Positions 9,648 through 19,204 are shown, counted from the first letter of the stretch. The stretch: DNA of 64,000 bases from an uncultured bacterium (GCA_903841185.1 CAIMIV010000059.1:32442-96441); one strand, 5' to 3'. The notes: generated by a model not told the origin, from the sequence alone. Made by a program: numbers and translations.

Positions 9648-10904
9648 ATGTACAACCAAAGAACAAGCCGAGGACCATCCCGCAGTAATTCGCGCAGTGG
9701 AGCCACTTCTTTCGGTTCCGGTGCCAGGGGGGCTCGTCCAGCCGGACGCCGAACTCCGCAAGCCGGAGCCAAAAAAGGCCGCTTTACCGGAGCCTACATC
9801 GATCCTAAAATGTTTATCAACAAAGCCGTAGCTGCTCCACTAGGACTCGAAGAGAAGGTGCATGTCGTGAAAGCTCTTTTTGCTGATTTGGCCATCAATG
9901 ACCAACTGAAGCAAGCTATCATCCAAAGAGGCTATGAACATCCCACCGATATTCAAGCCAAAACCATCCCTCATATATTGGAAGGCCGTGACGTGATTGG
10001 CCTGGCCAACACCGGAACCGGCAAGACCGGCGCTTTTTTGATTCCCATGATTAACAAAATCATTGCGGATTCTAAACAAAAATTGTTGGTCGTGGTGCCC
10101 ACGCGAGAGCTGGCCATCCAAATTCAAGAAGAATTTGTAGCCCTGGTTCAAGGTTTGCGCCTGCAAGCTGTCGTAGTGGTCGGAGGAGCCAATATCCGTC
10201 CGCAAATTCAAAGACTGCGCTCCCGCCACAACGTCGTTATCGGCACCCCAGGCAGACTGAAAGATTTGATTGCACGCAAAGATTTGAAGCTGGAGACTTT
10301 CACTAATGTAGTACTGGACGAAGCTGATCGGATGCTGGACATGGGATTTATTTCCGACGTGAAATTGCTGATGTCCCTTTTAGCCAGCCCGAGACAAACC
10401 TTGCTTTTTTCCGCTACGCTTTCCAAGGAAATTGAAGCCCTCGTGGCGCAGTTTCAAACTGACCCGGTGCGCATTTCTATCAAAACCCAGGAAACATCCG
10501 CGCAAATTGATCAGGACATCGTCCGTGTCGGAAAAGACGATGACAAGATGAACATCCTGCAAAAACTGTTGGCGCAAACGACTTTTCAAAAAATTCTGAT
10601 TTTCACCCGCACCAAACGCGGTGCCGAAAAATTATCCAAACTACTGTTTCAATTAGGCTTCAAGGCCGAATCTATTCACGGCGACAAATCCCATCATCAA
10701 AGACAACGAGCGCTCCTGCAATTCAAAAATGGCCAAGTCGAAATCTTGGTAGCCACCGACGTAGCCGCGCGAGGATTGGACATTCCCAACGTCAGTCATG
10801 TCATCAATTTTGATGTGCCAGCCAGCTATGAAGACTACATCCACCGCATTGGAAGAACTGGTCGTGCCGGGAAAACAGGCGTGGCGCTGACATTCATTGA
10901 ATAA
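9648..10904 (+). CDS. DEAD-box ATP-dependent RNA helicase with an R/G-rich N-terminal tail.
   Basis: 418 aa. Motif I ANTGTGKTGAF, Ia PTRELA, II VLDEADRML, III SAT, and VI HRIGRTGRAG. Confidence 0.9.
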   Translation: MYNQRTSRGPSRSNSRSGATSFGSGARGARPAGRRTPQAGAKKGRFTGAYIDPKMFINKAVAAPLGLEEKVHVVKALFADLAINDQLKQAIIQRGYEHPTDIQAKTIPHILEGRDVIGLANTGTGKTGAFLIPMINKIIADSKQKLLVVVPTRELAIQIQEEFVALVQGLRLQAVVVVGGANIRPQIQRLRSRHNVVIGTPGRLKDLIARKDLKLETFTNVVLDEADRMLDMGFISDVKLLMSLLASPRQTLLFSATLSKEIEALVAQFQTDPVRISIKTQETSAQIDQDIVRVGKDDDKMNILQKLLAQTTFQKILIFTRTKRGAEKLSKLLFQLGFKAESIHGDKSHHQRQRALLQFKNGQVEILVATDVAARGLDIPNVSHVINFDVPASYEDYIHRIGRTGRAGKTGVALTFIE

Positions 10905-10923
10905 CCGAAGCCACTCCAGAAAT

Positions 10924-11085
10924 AGACCTATTTGCATAATAAGTTGCGTAACGAAATTTTCAGATTTTGAGGGATAATTTTTCAAACAATTTTTGCGGTT
11001 TAGCCGTAGCTAAGCCAAGAAAATTTTTGGAAAATTTGACCAAAATATGGAAATTGCAGTAGTGAATTATTATGCAATAGGTCTA
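10924..11085. repeat. Inverted repeat pair of 19-20 bp flanking about 125 bp of non-coding sequence.
   Basis: tagacctatttgcataataa at 10924-10943 is the reverse complement of ttattatgcaataggtcta at 11067-11085, with one indel. Confidence 0.4.
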
Positions 11086-11090
11086 ATATG

Positions 11091-11128
11091 AAAGCCCCTT
11101 TGCTAGTTATAGCAAAGGGGCTTTTTTT
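11091..11128 (+). terminator. Rho-independent terminator.
   Basis: aaagcccctttgc, an 8-nt loop, gcaaaggggcttt, then TTTTTT. Confidence 0.7.
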
Positions 11129-11223
11129 GGCTTCATGTGAGACATGAAAATTGTGTTGGACCAAGGACAGAGTGCTTTAATTTTTTAAAGCACTTCGTAC
11201 TTGAAATTGATTGGCGGACTATT

Positions 11224-11664
11224 TCATAGCTTAGAAACAATCAACACTTTAATTTTTTTATTTCCCCAGGCAACAGCTTTTTCACGACCAGCGTCGCCTT
11301 CTCCCATGAAGAGATCCAGTCGTCGTCCCTTGATTTTTCCACCGGTATCCTTAGCAGTACCACGTCCAAAGCCAGGGACATGAAACACCGTGCCTTCGGG
11401 AAAAATCAACTTATCAGCCGCCAGTGTACCTTCTTCGGGAACTGAACCAGAACTGGTTTTTTTTCCGGATCCGTTCATTTTGACATCCTTTTTGTAGCTG
11501 CCTTTCACATATTTTTTTTGATTTGGAAGTGGCTTATAGTAAGCCGTGACTGTCATTTTTAACTCTGGGGTTTTTATTCCCTTCGCTTCGACACCGACGG
11601 CTTTTGAAAAACTACCTCCTAACCAAAAACATATGGCCAGCACTACAATTCTGCTTAACTGCAT
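11224..11664 (-). CDS. 3D-domain protein (MltA/YuiC-like, cell-wall associated) with a signal peptide.
   Basis: 146 aa. N-terminal signal peptide. C-terminal 3D domain with its conserved Asp triad (..GRGTAKDTGGKIKGRRLDLFMG..). Confidence 0.7.
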   Translation of the reverse strand: MQLSRIVVLAICFWLGGSFSKAVGVEAKGIKTPELKMTVTAYYKPLPNQKKYVKGSYKKDVKMNGSGKKTSSGSVPEEGTLAADKLIFPEGTVFHVPGFGRGTAKDTGGKIKGRRLDLFMGEGDAGREKAVAWGNKKIKVLIVSKL

Positions 11665-11963
11665 TTTTTTCCTCCTGTATTTTTTTCATGACAATGCTAA
11701 TTGTAAAAGATCTTACTATTAGTCTATCTGAAAAAGATGAATAAACGGTATTAATACTCCAGGGCAAGCCCTGGACCAACAGGTTTCCGCGGCAAGCCGC
11801 GAAGTATTAAACCTTTTGTTGTTGTCGCTCGCTCGGAAATGAAAAACTATTTTCATTTCACTCACTTCGCTAAACAATAAAAAATGAACTAAAGAACAGT
11901 CCCTTTTGGGATGCGCAACTTGTTGCCGTTCAATTATAGCACACTCTGCAAATCCTGTCACGC
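11665..11963 (-). promoter_or_regulatory. Promoter plus a structured leader of about 260 nt for the 3D-domain gene.
   Basis: On the minus strand: GTGACA, a 17-nt spacer, then TATAAT (plus 11958-11963 and 11933-11938). The leader contains two adjacent GC hairpins with identical CAAG loops (CAGGG-CAAG-CCCTG and CGCGG-CAAG-CCGCG at 11759-11800), bracketed by an inverted ttaatact repeat. Confidence 0.4.
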
Positions 11964-11974
11964 TTTTTTCTCCT

Positions 11975-12005
11975 GCAAAGAAAAAACTGCTTAAACAAGC
12001 AGTTT
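11975..12005 (-). terminator. Bidirectional rho-independent terminator downstream of rpsI.
   Basis: aaaaaactgctt, loop aaac, aagcagtttttt. Confidence 0.6.
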
Positions 12006-12031
12006 TTTCATACCTATAATAATATTGATAA

Positions 12032-12643
12032 CTAACGTTTTGCCCACTGTGGAGACTTGCGCGCTTTCTTCTTGCCGGGTTTCTTTCGCTCTACCACTCT
12101 GGCATCTCGAGTCAAGAATCCCACGTCTTTCAAAGTTTTCTTAAGATTTGCATCAAACACCACCAAAGCCCTAGCCACACCCAAACGTGCCGCTTCGGCC
12201 TGTCCCATAATGCCACCCCCATTCACTTTCACAGAAATATCAAACTTATCGGCCATGCCAACCACTGCCAAAGGCGCCTTAATCGCCTCTACGTGCCTTT
12301 CGATGGTAAAATAGGCCTTAACATCCTTGCCATTCACCACGATCCCTTTTGGCTCTTTTTCCACGGCATAAATTCTGACTTGAGCAATTGAAGTTTTTCG
12401 CTTCCCTACGGCATAAAAATATTTTCCGGTAAATTCCCCCGCTGCCTTAACAGCTTTGGTTTCTTTCTTTACTTCCTTGGTTTCTTTTTTCACTTCTTTA
12501 GCCACTTTTATTTCCTTTACTTCCTTCTTTGTGACTTTTTTTACTTCCTTTTTTTCTTTCACTTCTTTTACAGCTTTAACCTTAGCTTCTTTTGCAGGAG
12601 CCTTTTTCTTCGTCTCTTCAGTAGTAGTTTTTTTAGTTGCCAT
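12032..12643 (-). CDS. rpsI: Ribosomal protein S9 with a Lys/Glu-rich N-terminal extension of about 70 aa.
   Basis: The C-terminal 130 aa is canonical S9 (GKYFYAVGKRKTSIAQVRIY..PQWAKR). The N-terminal KEVK repeats are mirrored by tandem DNA repeats. Confidence 0.9.
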   Translation of the reverse strand: MATKKTTTEETKKKAPAKEAKVKAVKEVKEKKEVKKVTKKEVKEIKVAKEVKKETKEVKKETKAVKAAGEFTGKYFYAVGKRKTSIAQVRIYAVEKEPKGIVVNGKDVKAYFTIERHVEAIKAPLAVVGMADKFDISVKVNGGGIMGQAEAARLGVARALVVFDANLKKTLKDVGFLTRDARVVERKKPGKKKARKSPQWAKR

Positions 12644-12770
12644 ATAGTACAGAGAATTTTTAATTTTTAATTTTGTAATTTTTTAAATAATGCACTAATT
12701 TTCGAATGTTTAAACATTAAAAATTTAGATTTATTTATAAAATTATAACATTCAAAAATTATAAAATTAT

Positions 12771-13178
12771 TTAATGGGTTACTTCGATCGTATGTTTATG
12801 TTGATCATTGGTATAAAGAAGCAGTCTGGTCATCATGCGGTCTCGCAATTTATTTTTGCAAAGCATCCCATAGACAGCCCCCTCAACTGCCTTTCGGGAA
12901 TCCTTGACAATTTGATCTTTCAACTTAATAGTAGTCATTCCACCCGGAAAACCACTGTAATGGTTATACACCTTGCCTTCCATCTTATTACCGGTCACTT
13001 GCAGGCTGTCAGTATTAATCACGACCACAAAATCACCGGCGTCAATGTTCGGAGTAAAATCCACCTTGTTTTTTCCTCGTAGAATAAGCGCTATTTCAGT
13101 AGCCATTCTCCCCAAAGCCTGATCTTTTGCATCAAACAAATGATATTTTCTTTGAATTGTTTTCTTTACTTTACTCAT
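12771..13178 (-). CDS. rplM: Ribosomal protein L13.
   Basis: 135 aa, MSKVKKTIQRKYHLFDAKDQALGRMATEIALILRGK.. Confidence 0.9.
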   Translation of the reverse strand: MSKVKKTIQRKYHLFDAKDQALGRMATEIALILRGKNKVDFTPNIDAGDFVVVINTDSLQVTGNKMEGKVYNHYSGFPGGMTTIKLKDQIVKDSRKAVEGAVYGMLCKNKLRDRMMTRLLLYTNDQHKHTIEVTH

Positions 13179-13274
13179 AAATTTTACCTACTCACCAATT
13201 CTCGCTAATTATTTTTTTGAATTGATATCAGGTCCTTATATTTTTTACGTTACTTCAATTGAATGGGAGAACTA

Positions 13275-13640
13275 TTATTTGACAAATTCGATAATGGCCA
13301 ACTTGGCAGCATCTCCTTGTCTCGGGGCTATCTTGATAATCCGAGTGTAACCGCTGTCTCGCTTGGAAAACTGCTCCAAAAATTCACCAGTAACTTTTTT
13401 CACCGCCATTAAAGGAAGTTTTATCCTCAAATCACGCTTAATAGTCACCAACTTTTCAGGATCTCTGGATAGCTTCGCTCGGTTGATAATTCTGTCAATC
13501 TTGGCTTTCATTTCCTTGGCCTTGGCTTCGGTGGTTTTGATTTTTTCTTCCATAATCAAACTACCTAACATTGTTCGGAACAAAGCTGTCCGCTGATTTC
13601 TAACTCTGCCCAATTTTCGTCCTTTTTGTAAATGCTTCAT
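13275..13640 (-). CDS. rplQ: Ribosomal protein L17.
   Basis: 121 aa, MKHLQKGRKLGRVRNQRTALFRTM.. Confidence 0.9.
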   Translation of the reverse strand: MKHLQKGRKLGRVRNQRTALFRTMLGSLIMEEKIKTTEAKAKEMKAKIDRIINRAKLSRDPEKLVTIKRDLRIKLPLMAVKKVTGEFLEQFSKRDSGYTRIIKIAPRQGDAAKLAIIEFVK

Positions 13641-13734
13641 GATTGTATAAAACCCTAACTTACACTAATTATTTTTTAATTTTTATTCGCAAATGTATCC
13701 GATATTGTGTCTTGTCCATTTGCGACGCAATTGA

Positions 13735-14715
13735 CTATTTATCTTGTCTTAGATTAACACCATAATCTCCGATAGCTTTTTTCACTTCTTTCACACCTTT
13801 CGCTCCCATTCCTTCCAAATCAGTTAGTTCCGCCTCGGTCATTTTGATAATGGCACCGATATTGCCAATCTTGTTGGCCTCCAAAACATTCAAAGTTCTG
13901 GTGGACAGATTTTTCAGCGCGGTCACCTCCACTTTCTTGGTATCATCCTTCTTCTCCACAACCACTTCTTTTTCTTTTTCCATCATCACCGGCCCTTCTT
14001 CAATCACCACCGCCTCTTTCTTAGCTTCTTTTTCCACCGAAGTGAAAACAGAGAATTGCTCCACTAGGATATCTACTGCTTTAGAAAAAGCTTCTTTAGG
14101 TTCAATGCTGCCATCAGTCATAATTTCCAAAGTAATTTTTTCGTAATCCGTCTTTTTTCCTACGCGCATGTTAGCCACATCATAATTCACTCTTTTAATC
14201 GGAGTATAGATAGCATCCACGGCAATCACGCCGATTTCTTTCTCTGTTCTGTTTTGTTGCTCCACTGGCACATAACCAATACCATTGCCAATTTCCAATT
14301 CCATTTCCAGCTCGCCTTTAGCGCCGGTAATGGTGGCAATCACAGCGTCTTTAGTAACCACTTCGATGCCAGTTGGACATTCAATCATACCTGCGGTCAC
14401 AACTTTTTCGCCTTTCACTTTCAAAGAAATCTTGGTCGGTTCTTCGTTAAAAGATCTAAATCTGACTTGTTTGAGGTTCAAAATGATTTGAATAACATCT
14501 TCCAAAACGCCAGGTACAGTAGAAAATTCGTGAGTCACGCCTTTAATTTTAACAGAAGTGATCGCTGATCCGGGAAGAGAAGAAAGAAGCACTCTGCGAA
14601 GAGCATTCCCTAAAGTCGTTCCGTATCCAGGATAACATCCTTCAATTTCAAACTTGCCTGTTTTTTCATCAAGCATAGTAAGCTTTGGTTTCTGAGGAAG
14701 TGTTATTGATTGCAT
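13735..14715 (-). CDS. rpoA: DNA-directed RNA polymerase alpha subunit.
   Basis: 326 aa. The N-terminal domain has LGNALRRVLLSSLPGSAITSVKI, and there is a C-terminal alpha-CTD. Confidence 0.9.
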   Translation of the reverse strand: MQSITLPQKPKLTMLDEKTGKFEIEGCYPGYGTTLGNALRRVLLSSLPGSAITSVKIKGVTHEFSTVPGVLEDVIQIILNLKQVRFRSFNEEPTKISLKVKGEKVVTAGMIECPTGIEVVTKDAVIATITGAKGELEMELEIGNGIGYVPVEQQNRTEKEIGVIAVDAIYTPIKRVNYDVANMRVGKKTDYEKITLEIMTDGSIEPKEAFSKAVDILVEQFSVFTSVEKEAKKEAVVIEEGPVMMEKEKEVVVEKKDDTKKVEVTALKNLSTRTLNVLEANKIGNIGAIIKMTEAELTDLEGMGAKGVKEVKKAIGDYGVNLRQDK

Positions 14716-14856
14716 AATTTTATACCGATACGAACCTACGAATGAATTCGAATCTACGAACCCCTAGCTTCATATCGTTATTCTTTTTTAAATTATTTAA
14801 ATTACTTTAATTTCGTAGATTCGTGTGTAACATTCGTAGTTTCGCATCGGTTTTTT

Positions 14857-15489
14857 TTATCTTGAGTAATATTCAACAATGATTTGGGTATCCACATTGA
14901 TACCAATTTCGTCTCTTGTAGGAGCACTGGTCACCTTGGCTTCCATCTTAGTAGTATCAAAACTAATCCAGGATGGGAAATCTTTTTTATTCTTGATTAC
15001 CGCCACCACCTCTTTAAAATAATTCTTTTCTTTTTTAGTGGCGTTGATAGCAATCATATCCCCGATTTTCACTTCGGCAGAAGGAATAGTCATTTTTTTG
15101 CCGTTGACGCTTATCAATCCGTGGTTCACAATTTGTCTGGCCTGCGCTCGAGAAACGGCAAATCCGGCTCGATATACGATGGAATCTAGTCGCATCTCCA
15201 AACGAGTCAGCAATAAATCACCGGTAATACCTTCTTTATTGGAAACTTCATCAAAATGTTTTCGAAACTGTCTCTCCATCACACCATAGATTCTTTTGAT
15301 CTTCTGCTTAGCGGAAAGCTGGGTGCCATATTCACTTTGGCCACGAGAAACTTTTTTTCCATGCACTCCCGGCGCATAAGCCCGTTTCACCATACCACAA
15401 TTTCCAGTGCTGCAACGGTCACCTTTAAGAAACAGTTTTTCACCTGCTCTTCTACATTTTCGACATTTTGCTTCGGTATCTCTAGCCAT
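14857..15489 (-). CDS. rpsD: Ribosomal protein S4. The start is trimmed to the internal MARDTEAKCRKCRR.
   Basis: The zinc-ribbon N-terminus CRKCRRAGEKLFLKGDRC and the S4 domain are present. The track ORF extends 26 aa upstream of the canonical S4 start. Confidence 0.9.
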   Translation of the reverse strand: MARDTEAKCRKCRRAGEKLFLKGDRCSTGNCGMVKRAYAPGVHGKKVSRGQSEYGTQLSAKQKIKRIYGVMERQFRKHFDEVSNKEGITGDLLLTRLEMRLDSIVYRAGFAVSRAQARQIVNHGLISVNGKKMTIPSAEVKIGDMIAINATKKEKNYFKEVVAVIKNKKDFPSWISFDTTKMEAKVTSAPTRDEIGINVDTQIIVEYYSR

Positions 15490-15532
15490 AGTATTAAAAA
15501 AATTTTGAAATTTAAAATTTAAAATTATTGAT

Positions 15533-16018
15533 TTAGATTCTTCTTGGTTTCTTTGGTCGACAACCATTATGTGGAATAGGCGTAATATCTTTAATCAATA
15601 ATAATTCAAAACCATTATTAGACAGAGCTCGAATAGAAGCTTCTCGGCCACTACCAACACCTTTCACAAACACTTCCAGCTCTTGCAAGCCATATTTTTT
15701 CACTTTTTCCGAAACGCTAGCCACAACCTGCGTAGCGGCATAGGGAGTCGCTTTTTTCGCTCCTTTGAATCCCATCATCCCGGAAGAAGCCCACCCCAAA
15801 ACACCTCCGTTGATATCCGCAATGCTCACGATAGTGTTATTGTAAGTGCATTTCACTGTCGCCCGGCCTTTGAGGATTTGTCTTTTGGCTTTTTTGACCT
15901 TTCCTGATTTAGCAGTTTCAGCAGTCTTCACCTCTGCTGCCTTGCCCTCCTCGGAAACTGCCCCTTTTTCCTCCTTAATTTCTTCAGTTGTAGCTTTTTC
16001 TTCAGTCATAATATTCAA
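15533..16018 (-). CDS. rpsK: Ribosomal protein S11 with an acidic/basic N-terminal extension of about 40 aa.
   Basis: ..RQILKGRATVKCTYNNTIVSIADINGGVLGWASSG.. is core S11. Confidence 0.9.
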   Translation of the reverse strand: MNIMTEEKATTEEIKEEKGAVSEEGKAAEVKTAETAKSGKVKKAKRQILKGRATVKCTYNNTIVSIADINGGVLGWASSGMMGFKGAKKATPYAATQVVASVSEKVKKYGLQELEVFVKGVGSGREASIRALSNNGFELLLIKDITPIPHNGCRPKKPRRI

Positions 16019-16112
16019 ATTAACTCTAATGTTTAAATAAATTTATGCAAAATTTTTATTTGATGTTGCTATTCGCATTAATTCGACTTAATTATTCGCA
16101 ACTATTAGCATC

Positions 16113-16499
16113 TTAAGTCTTCTCTGTCTTCACTCGACCGCTACCCATCGTTCTTCTGACATTGCCTCGCACTGTTCGGTTGTTAGTCTTAGTTCGTTGT
16201 CCTCGCACAGGCAAACCTTTTTGGTGTCTGGTCCCGCGATAGCAACCTACTTCTTTCAACCGCTTGATATTATTCTTAACTGCATGTTTCAATTCTCCTT
16301 CTACTCGCAAATTCTTTTCGACATACTCTCGAATCTTATTGCCTTGCTCCTCGGAAAGATCTTTTGTTCTTATTTGTTTGGATATATCCAGCGCGTCCAA
16401 CACTTTAGCCGCAAAACTCGGTCCAATGCCATAAATATAGGTAAGGGAAATTTCTATTCTTTTTTCATCAGGAATATTTACTCCAGCGATTCTTAACAT
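16113..16499 (-). CDS. rpsM: Ribosomal protein S13.
   Basis: 128 aa, MLRIAGVNIPDEKRIEISLTYIYGIGPSFAAKVL.. Confidence 0.9.
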   Translation of the reverse strand: MLRIAGVNIPDEKRIEISLTYIYGIGPSFAAKVLDALDISKQIRTKDLSEEQGNKIREYVEKNLRVEGELKHAVKNNIKRLKEVGCYRGTRHQKGLPVRGQRTKTNNRTVRGNVRRTMGSGRVKTEKT

Positions 16500-16584
16500 A
16501 TGCTAATTTTAATACTAATTATATCCGAATTGTAATTTTTTAAAGATTCGCCTTGTTTCGGACTTATCGAATCCCAATTTGTAT

Positions 16585-16698
16585 CTAGCCTTGTCTTTGT
16601 TTGTGCTTTGGCGTAATACAAATCACGAAAAGCACACCTTTTCGCTTTACTATTTTACATTTGTCACAAATCTTTTTAACTGATGCTCTTACTTTCAT
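16585..16698 (-). CDS. rpmJ: Ribosomal protein L36, missed by the ORF track because it is under 60 aa.
   Basis: The reverse complement translates to [37 protein letters not shown] (37 aa). Its start is 2 nt after the infA stop, the canonical infA-rpmJ-rpsM order. Confidence 0.8.
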   Translation of the reverse strand: MKVRASVKKICDKCKIVKRKGVLFVICITPKHKQRQG

Positions 16699-16699
16699 A

Positions 16700-16921
16700 T
16701 TATTTTAATCTTTGAATTATTCTGCCTTTGGATAGGTCGTAGGGACTCATCTCAATGAGCACTCTATCGCCAGGGAGAAGCCTAATATAATTAACTCGCA
16801 TTCTGCCGGAGATATGAGCCAGGACGACATGCCCATTATCCAGCTTCACCTTAAAGGTTGTACTGGGCAAATTCTCTTCCACCACACCCTCCAGTTTAAC
16901 TAATTCTTTATTATTTTCCAT
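16700..16921 (-). CDS. infA: Translation initiation factor IF-1.
   Basis: 73 aa with an S1-like OB fold: ..[39 protein letters not shown].. Confidence 0.9.
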   Translation of the reverse strand: MENNKELVKLEGVVEENLPSTTFKVKLDNGHVVLAHISGRMRVNYIRLLPGDRVLIEMSPYDLSKGRIIQRLK

Positions 16922-17095
16922 ATTTTATCTAATTTGACTGCCCGTTAATAGGCAGGAAAAGCATAACCAAAAAAATAGACGGAGATTTCCCTGGGGCAAA
17001 AAAAATTACCTCAGGAATAAAAATCGATCCTAATTCATGCATTTCATTCTCTTCCCTCTATTTTGAAATTTATATATCTTCTAACACCTTCTATT

Positions 17096-17124
17096 ATCTT
17101 AACGATATATTCAAATCTTGTCAA
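17096..17124 (-). promoter_or_regulatory. Candidate promoter for the infA-rpmJ-rpsM.. operon.
   Basis: On the minus strand: TTGACA (plus 17119-17124), a 17-nt spacer, then TAAGAT (plus 17096-17101). Confidence 0.35.
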
Positions 17125-17191
17125 CCCCACACCCCCTTTAGTCGAAATAATAATAAAATTACCAGCCCAAAAGCTTGAATTTATTTTACTC

Positions 17192-19204
17192 CTAATTCAC
17201 TACCGGGTCAAGAGAAATGGTCACGCGACTCTCATAAACGGGTATTTTGCCGGTAATAAAGGATGGCCAATACACGATTTCCACTTTTTCAATGTCGCTA
17301 GCATGTTCTTTTATATAAGGCTGAATTTCCCCTTCTGGTTTCCCTAGAAGAGCTTGTTTTATTTTCTCCAAATCAATTTCCGGCACAATGTTTCCGGTGG
17401 CATGCACCCGAATAACCAGACTTCCCTCTTTGAAATTCACGTCAGTCTTGCCAAAATCCAGATGAATAGAATTTTCCGGAATTTGAGCACCGTGTTCCCC
17501 TTTTTTGCCCAGTGCATTTGTCACAATCGCATTCAAATCACTTTCTCTAAAAACCAATGCATTAGCCGTGACCTTCACCGTAATGGAAAAATTATCTGCC
17601 ATGTCGCCCGAGGATTTAGTCAGGGTATACACAGCATCATCAATGCTCACGGCGTCATCCAAGAAAATATAGTCCGCTCCCACGGAATCCTTTAATTTTT
17701 GCGTAATGGTGGCTTTCAATTCTTGTAGAACTTTGGTTTTGGCAGTATTGATATCACTATCGGAAACAGTCTTTACCTTTTGACTACCTTGACCGCCACC
17801 GATCATCGCTGCAAATGACTTGGCATAAATTTTCTTATATTTTTCACCGCCACTACTCTCAAAACCAGGAATACTAAAAGAAGTTGGCGCTATATTATAT
17901 TCCTCACCCGATTCATCCGCCACCACATCCGCCTCAATAGCGCCTGGCTTATTCTCACTCCCGACCGTTTCCATCCCCGGAACCGTAATGGCCTTCACCA
18001 ATCTGAATGTTTTTTTATCTACGCTTTCAAATCGAGTGGTTGCCACCAATGGTTGTGGACTAGCACTAAATTCATTATAAACAGTAATCACCCCGCGCGC
18101 CTTTTGATTAGAAGAGTCTTTAGCACCTGTTGTTTCATAGCTCTTAGTCAGCTCGTCAGCAAGGGTGACTGCCTTTACAGGAATAATTTCATTTACCACG
18201 TCCATTTCACTCACCTCGCTATTGCCATCCACTTGCAACTCCACTGCTTGCATTTTATTTTTTGCGAAAACATTAATAGTTGCCTTAGGCAAGAAAAGAT
18301 AGGCCGCTGACCCCAAAATAGCCAAAACAGCCACCATAGTAAATAAAAAGAAATATTTACCCATACTGCTACCCACATTAATACTCTTGTATTCATCTTC
18401 CCGATTGCTTGATGCTTTTTTCTGCTCAAAAAATTTACCGGCTTTTTCCGCGCTATTTTCCTCTTCATGCTCTTGCATAAAAGCATTTTCTTTACTGAAA
18501 TCATCTAATCGCTCTTGTTTGAAAATTTTCTTTGAGCTACTCTTAGCCACCCTCTCCGGCACTTCATCAGTCGGAGCATTATTTTCCACAATTTCCATAT
18601 TTCTAATCATATCCATGGGGGCAAACATCCCACCCTTCGCTCGCTTGCTCTTGAAGGAGGGTTGTTGTTTGCGAAGCTCTTCACTCACGTCTATCACCAA
18701 TTCTTTGTTGATTATTCTTTCCTCGTCCTCTTCTGCTTGAAAAATTTCCTGATTTCTTTTTTCTGAATAGACTATCGGATCAGCCATAGAATCCGCGGTA
18801 CTTGATTGATAATAGCCGGCAGATCCAATCTGATTGAAATCTTTTTTATTCTTGCCAATTTTTTCATTCACACTGCTACTATCCAAGCCAATCTCCACCA
18901 AACTCTCCTCCAAATTATTCGACGCCTCCATCTCCCAGCCATCAATATCATCCAACTTTTGCTCCACCTCAATACCCGCTTTCTCAATCAGCAATTTGCC
19001 TAATTTATCTTGCGTAACGATAATAAGCTCTTTCTTAAAACTTTCAGCTTCTTTTTTCAACAATTTCAAATTGACAATGCTCTGAATCAAAATGGCTCGT
19101 TTAGGCACGACAATAACCACCTCCTTGGATTTAGATTTTCGCAATCTATCCACAATAGAAGTGATCTCCTCATCAATATCAATGTAAAATGTTTGATGTG
19201 TCAT
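17192..19204 (-). CDS. Hypothetical large bitopic membrane protein, occupying the place where secY-adk-map or ftsZ is normally found.
   Basis: 670 aa. About 290 aa of N-terminal cytoplasmic sequence with an acidic low-complexity stretch, one TM (FFLFTMVAVLAILGSAAYLFL), and about 360 aa of C-terminal extracytoplasmic domain. No tubulin GGGTGTG motif. Confidence 0.6.
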   Translation of the reverse strand: MTHQTFYIDIDEEITSIVDRLRKSKSKEVVIVVPKRAILIQSIVNLKLLKKEAESFKKELIIVTQDKLGKLLIEKAGIEVEQKLDDIDGWEMEASNNLEESLVEIGLDSSSVNEKIGKNKKDFNQIGSAGYYQSSTADSMADPIVYSEKRNQEIFQAEEDEERIINKELVIDVSEELRKQQPSFKSKRAKGGMFAPMDMIRNMEIVENNAPTDEVPERVAKSSSKKIFKQERLDDFSKENAFMQEHEEENSAEKAGKFFEQKKASSNREDEYKSINVGSSMGKYFFLFTMVAVLAILGSAAYLFLPKATINVFAKNKMQAVELQVDGNSEVSEMDVVNEIIPVKAVTLADELTKSYETTGAKDSSNQKARGVITVYNEFSASPQPLVATTRFESVDKKTFRLVKAITVPGMETVGSENKPGAIEADVVADESGEEYNIAPTSFSIPGFESSGGEKYKKIYAKSFAAMIGGGQGSQKVKTVSDSDINTAKTKVLQELKATITQKLKDSVGADYIFLDDAVSIDDAVYTLTKSSGDMADNFSITVKVTANALVFRESDLNAIVTNALGKKGEHGAQIPENSIHLDFGKTDVNFKEGSLVIRVHATGNIVPEIDLEKIKQALLGKPEGEIQPYIKEHASDIEKVEIVYWPSFITGKIPVYESRVTISLDPVVN

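Noticed and set aside
9840-10985. Several minus-strand ORFs (69-129 aa) inside the DEAD-box helicase.
   Set aside because: They are antisense shadows in a GC-elevated gene. They have no motifs and are mutually overlapping.
12057-15907. Multiple plus-strand ORFs overlapping rpsI, rplM, rplQ, rpoA, rpsD and rpsK.
   Set aside because: They are antisense to universally conserved ribosomal and RNAP genes. Their Ser/Phe-rich low-complexity translations are typical of reverse-frame artefacts.
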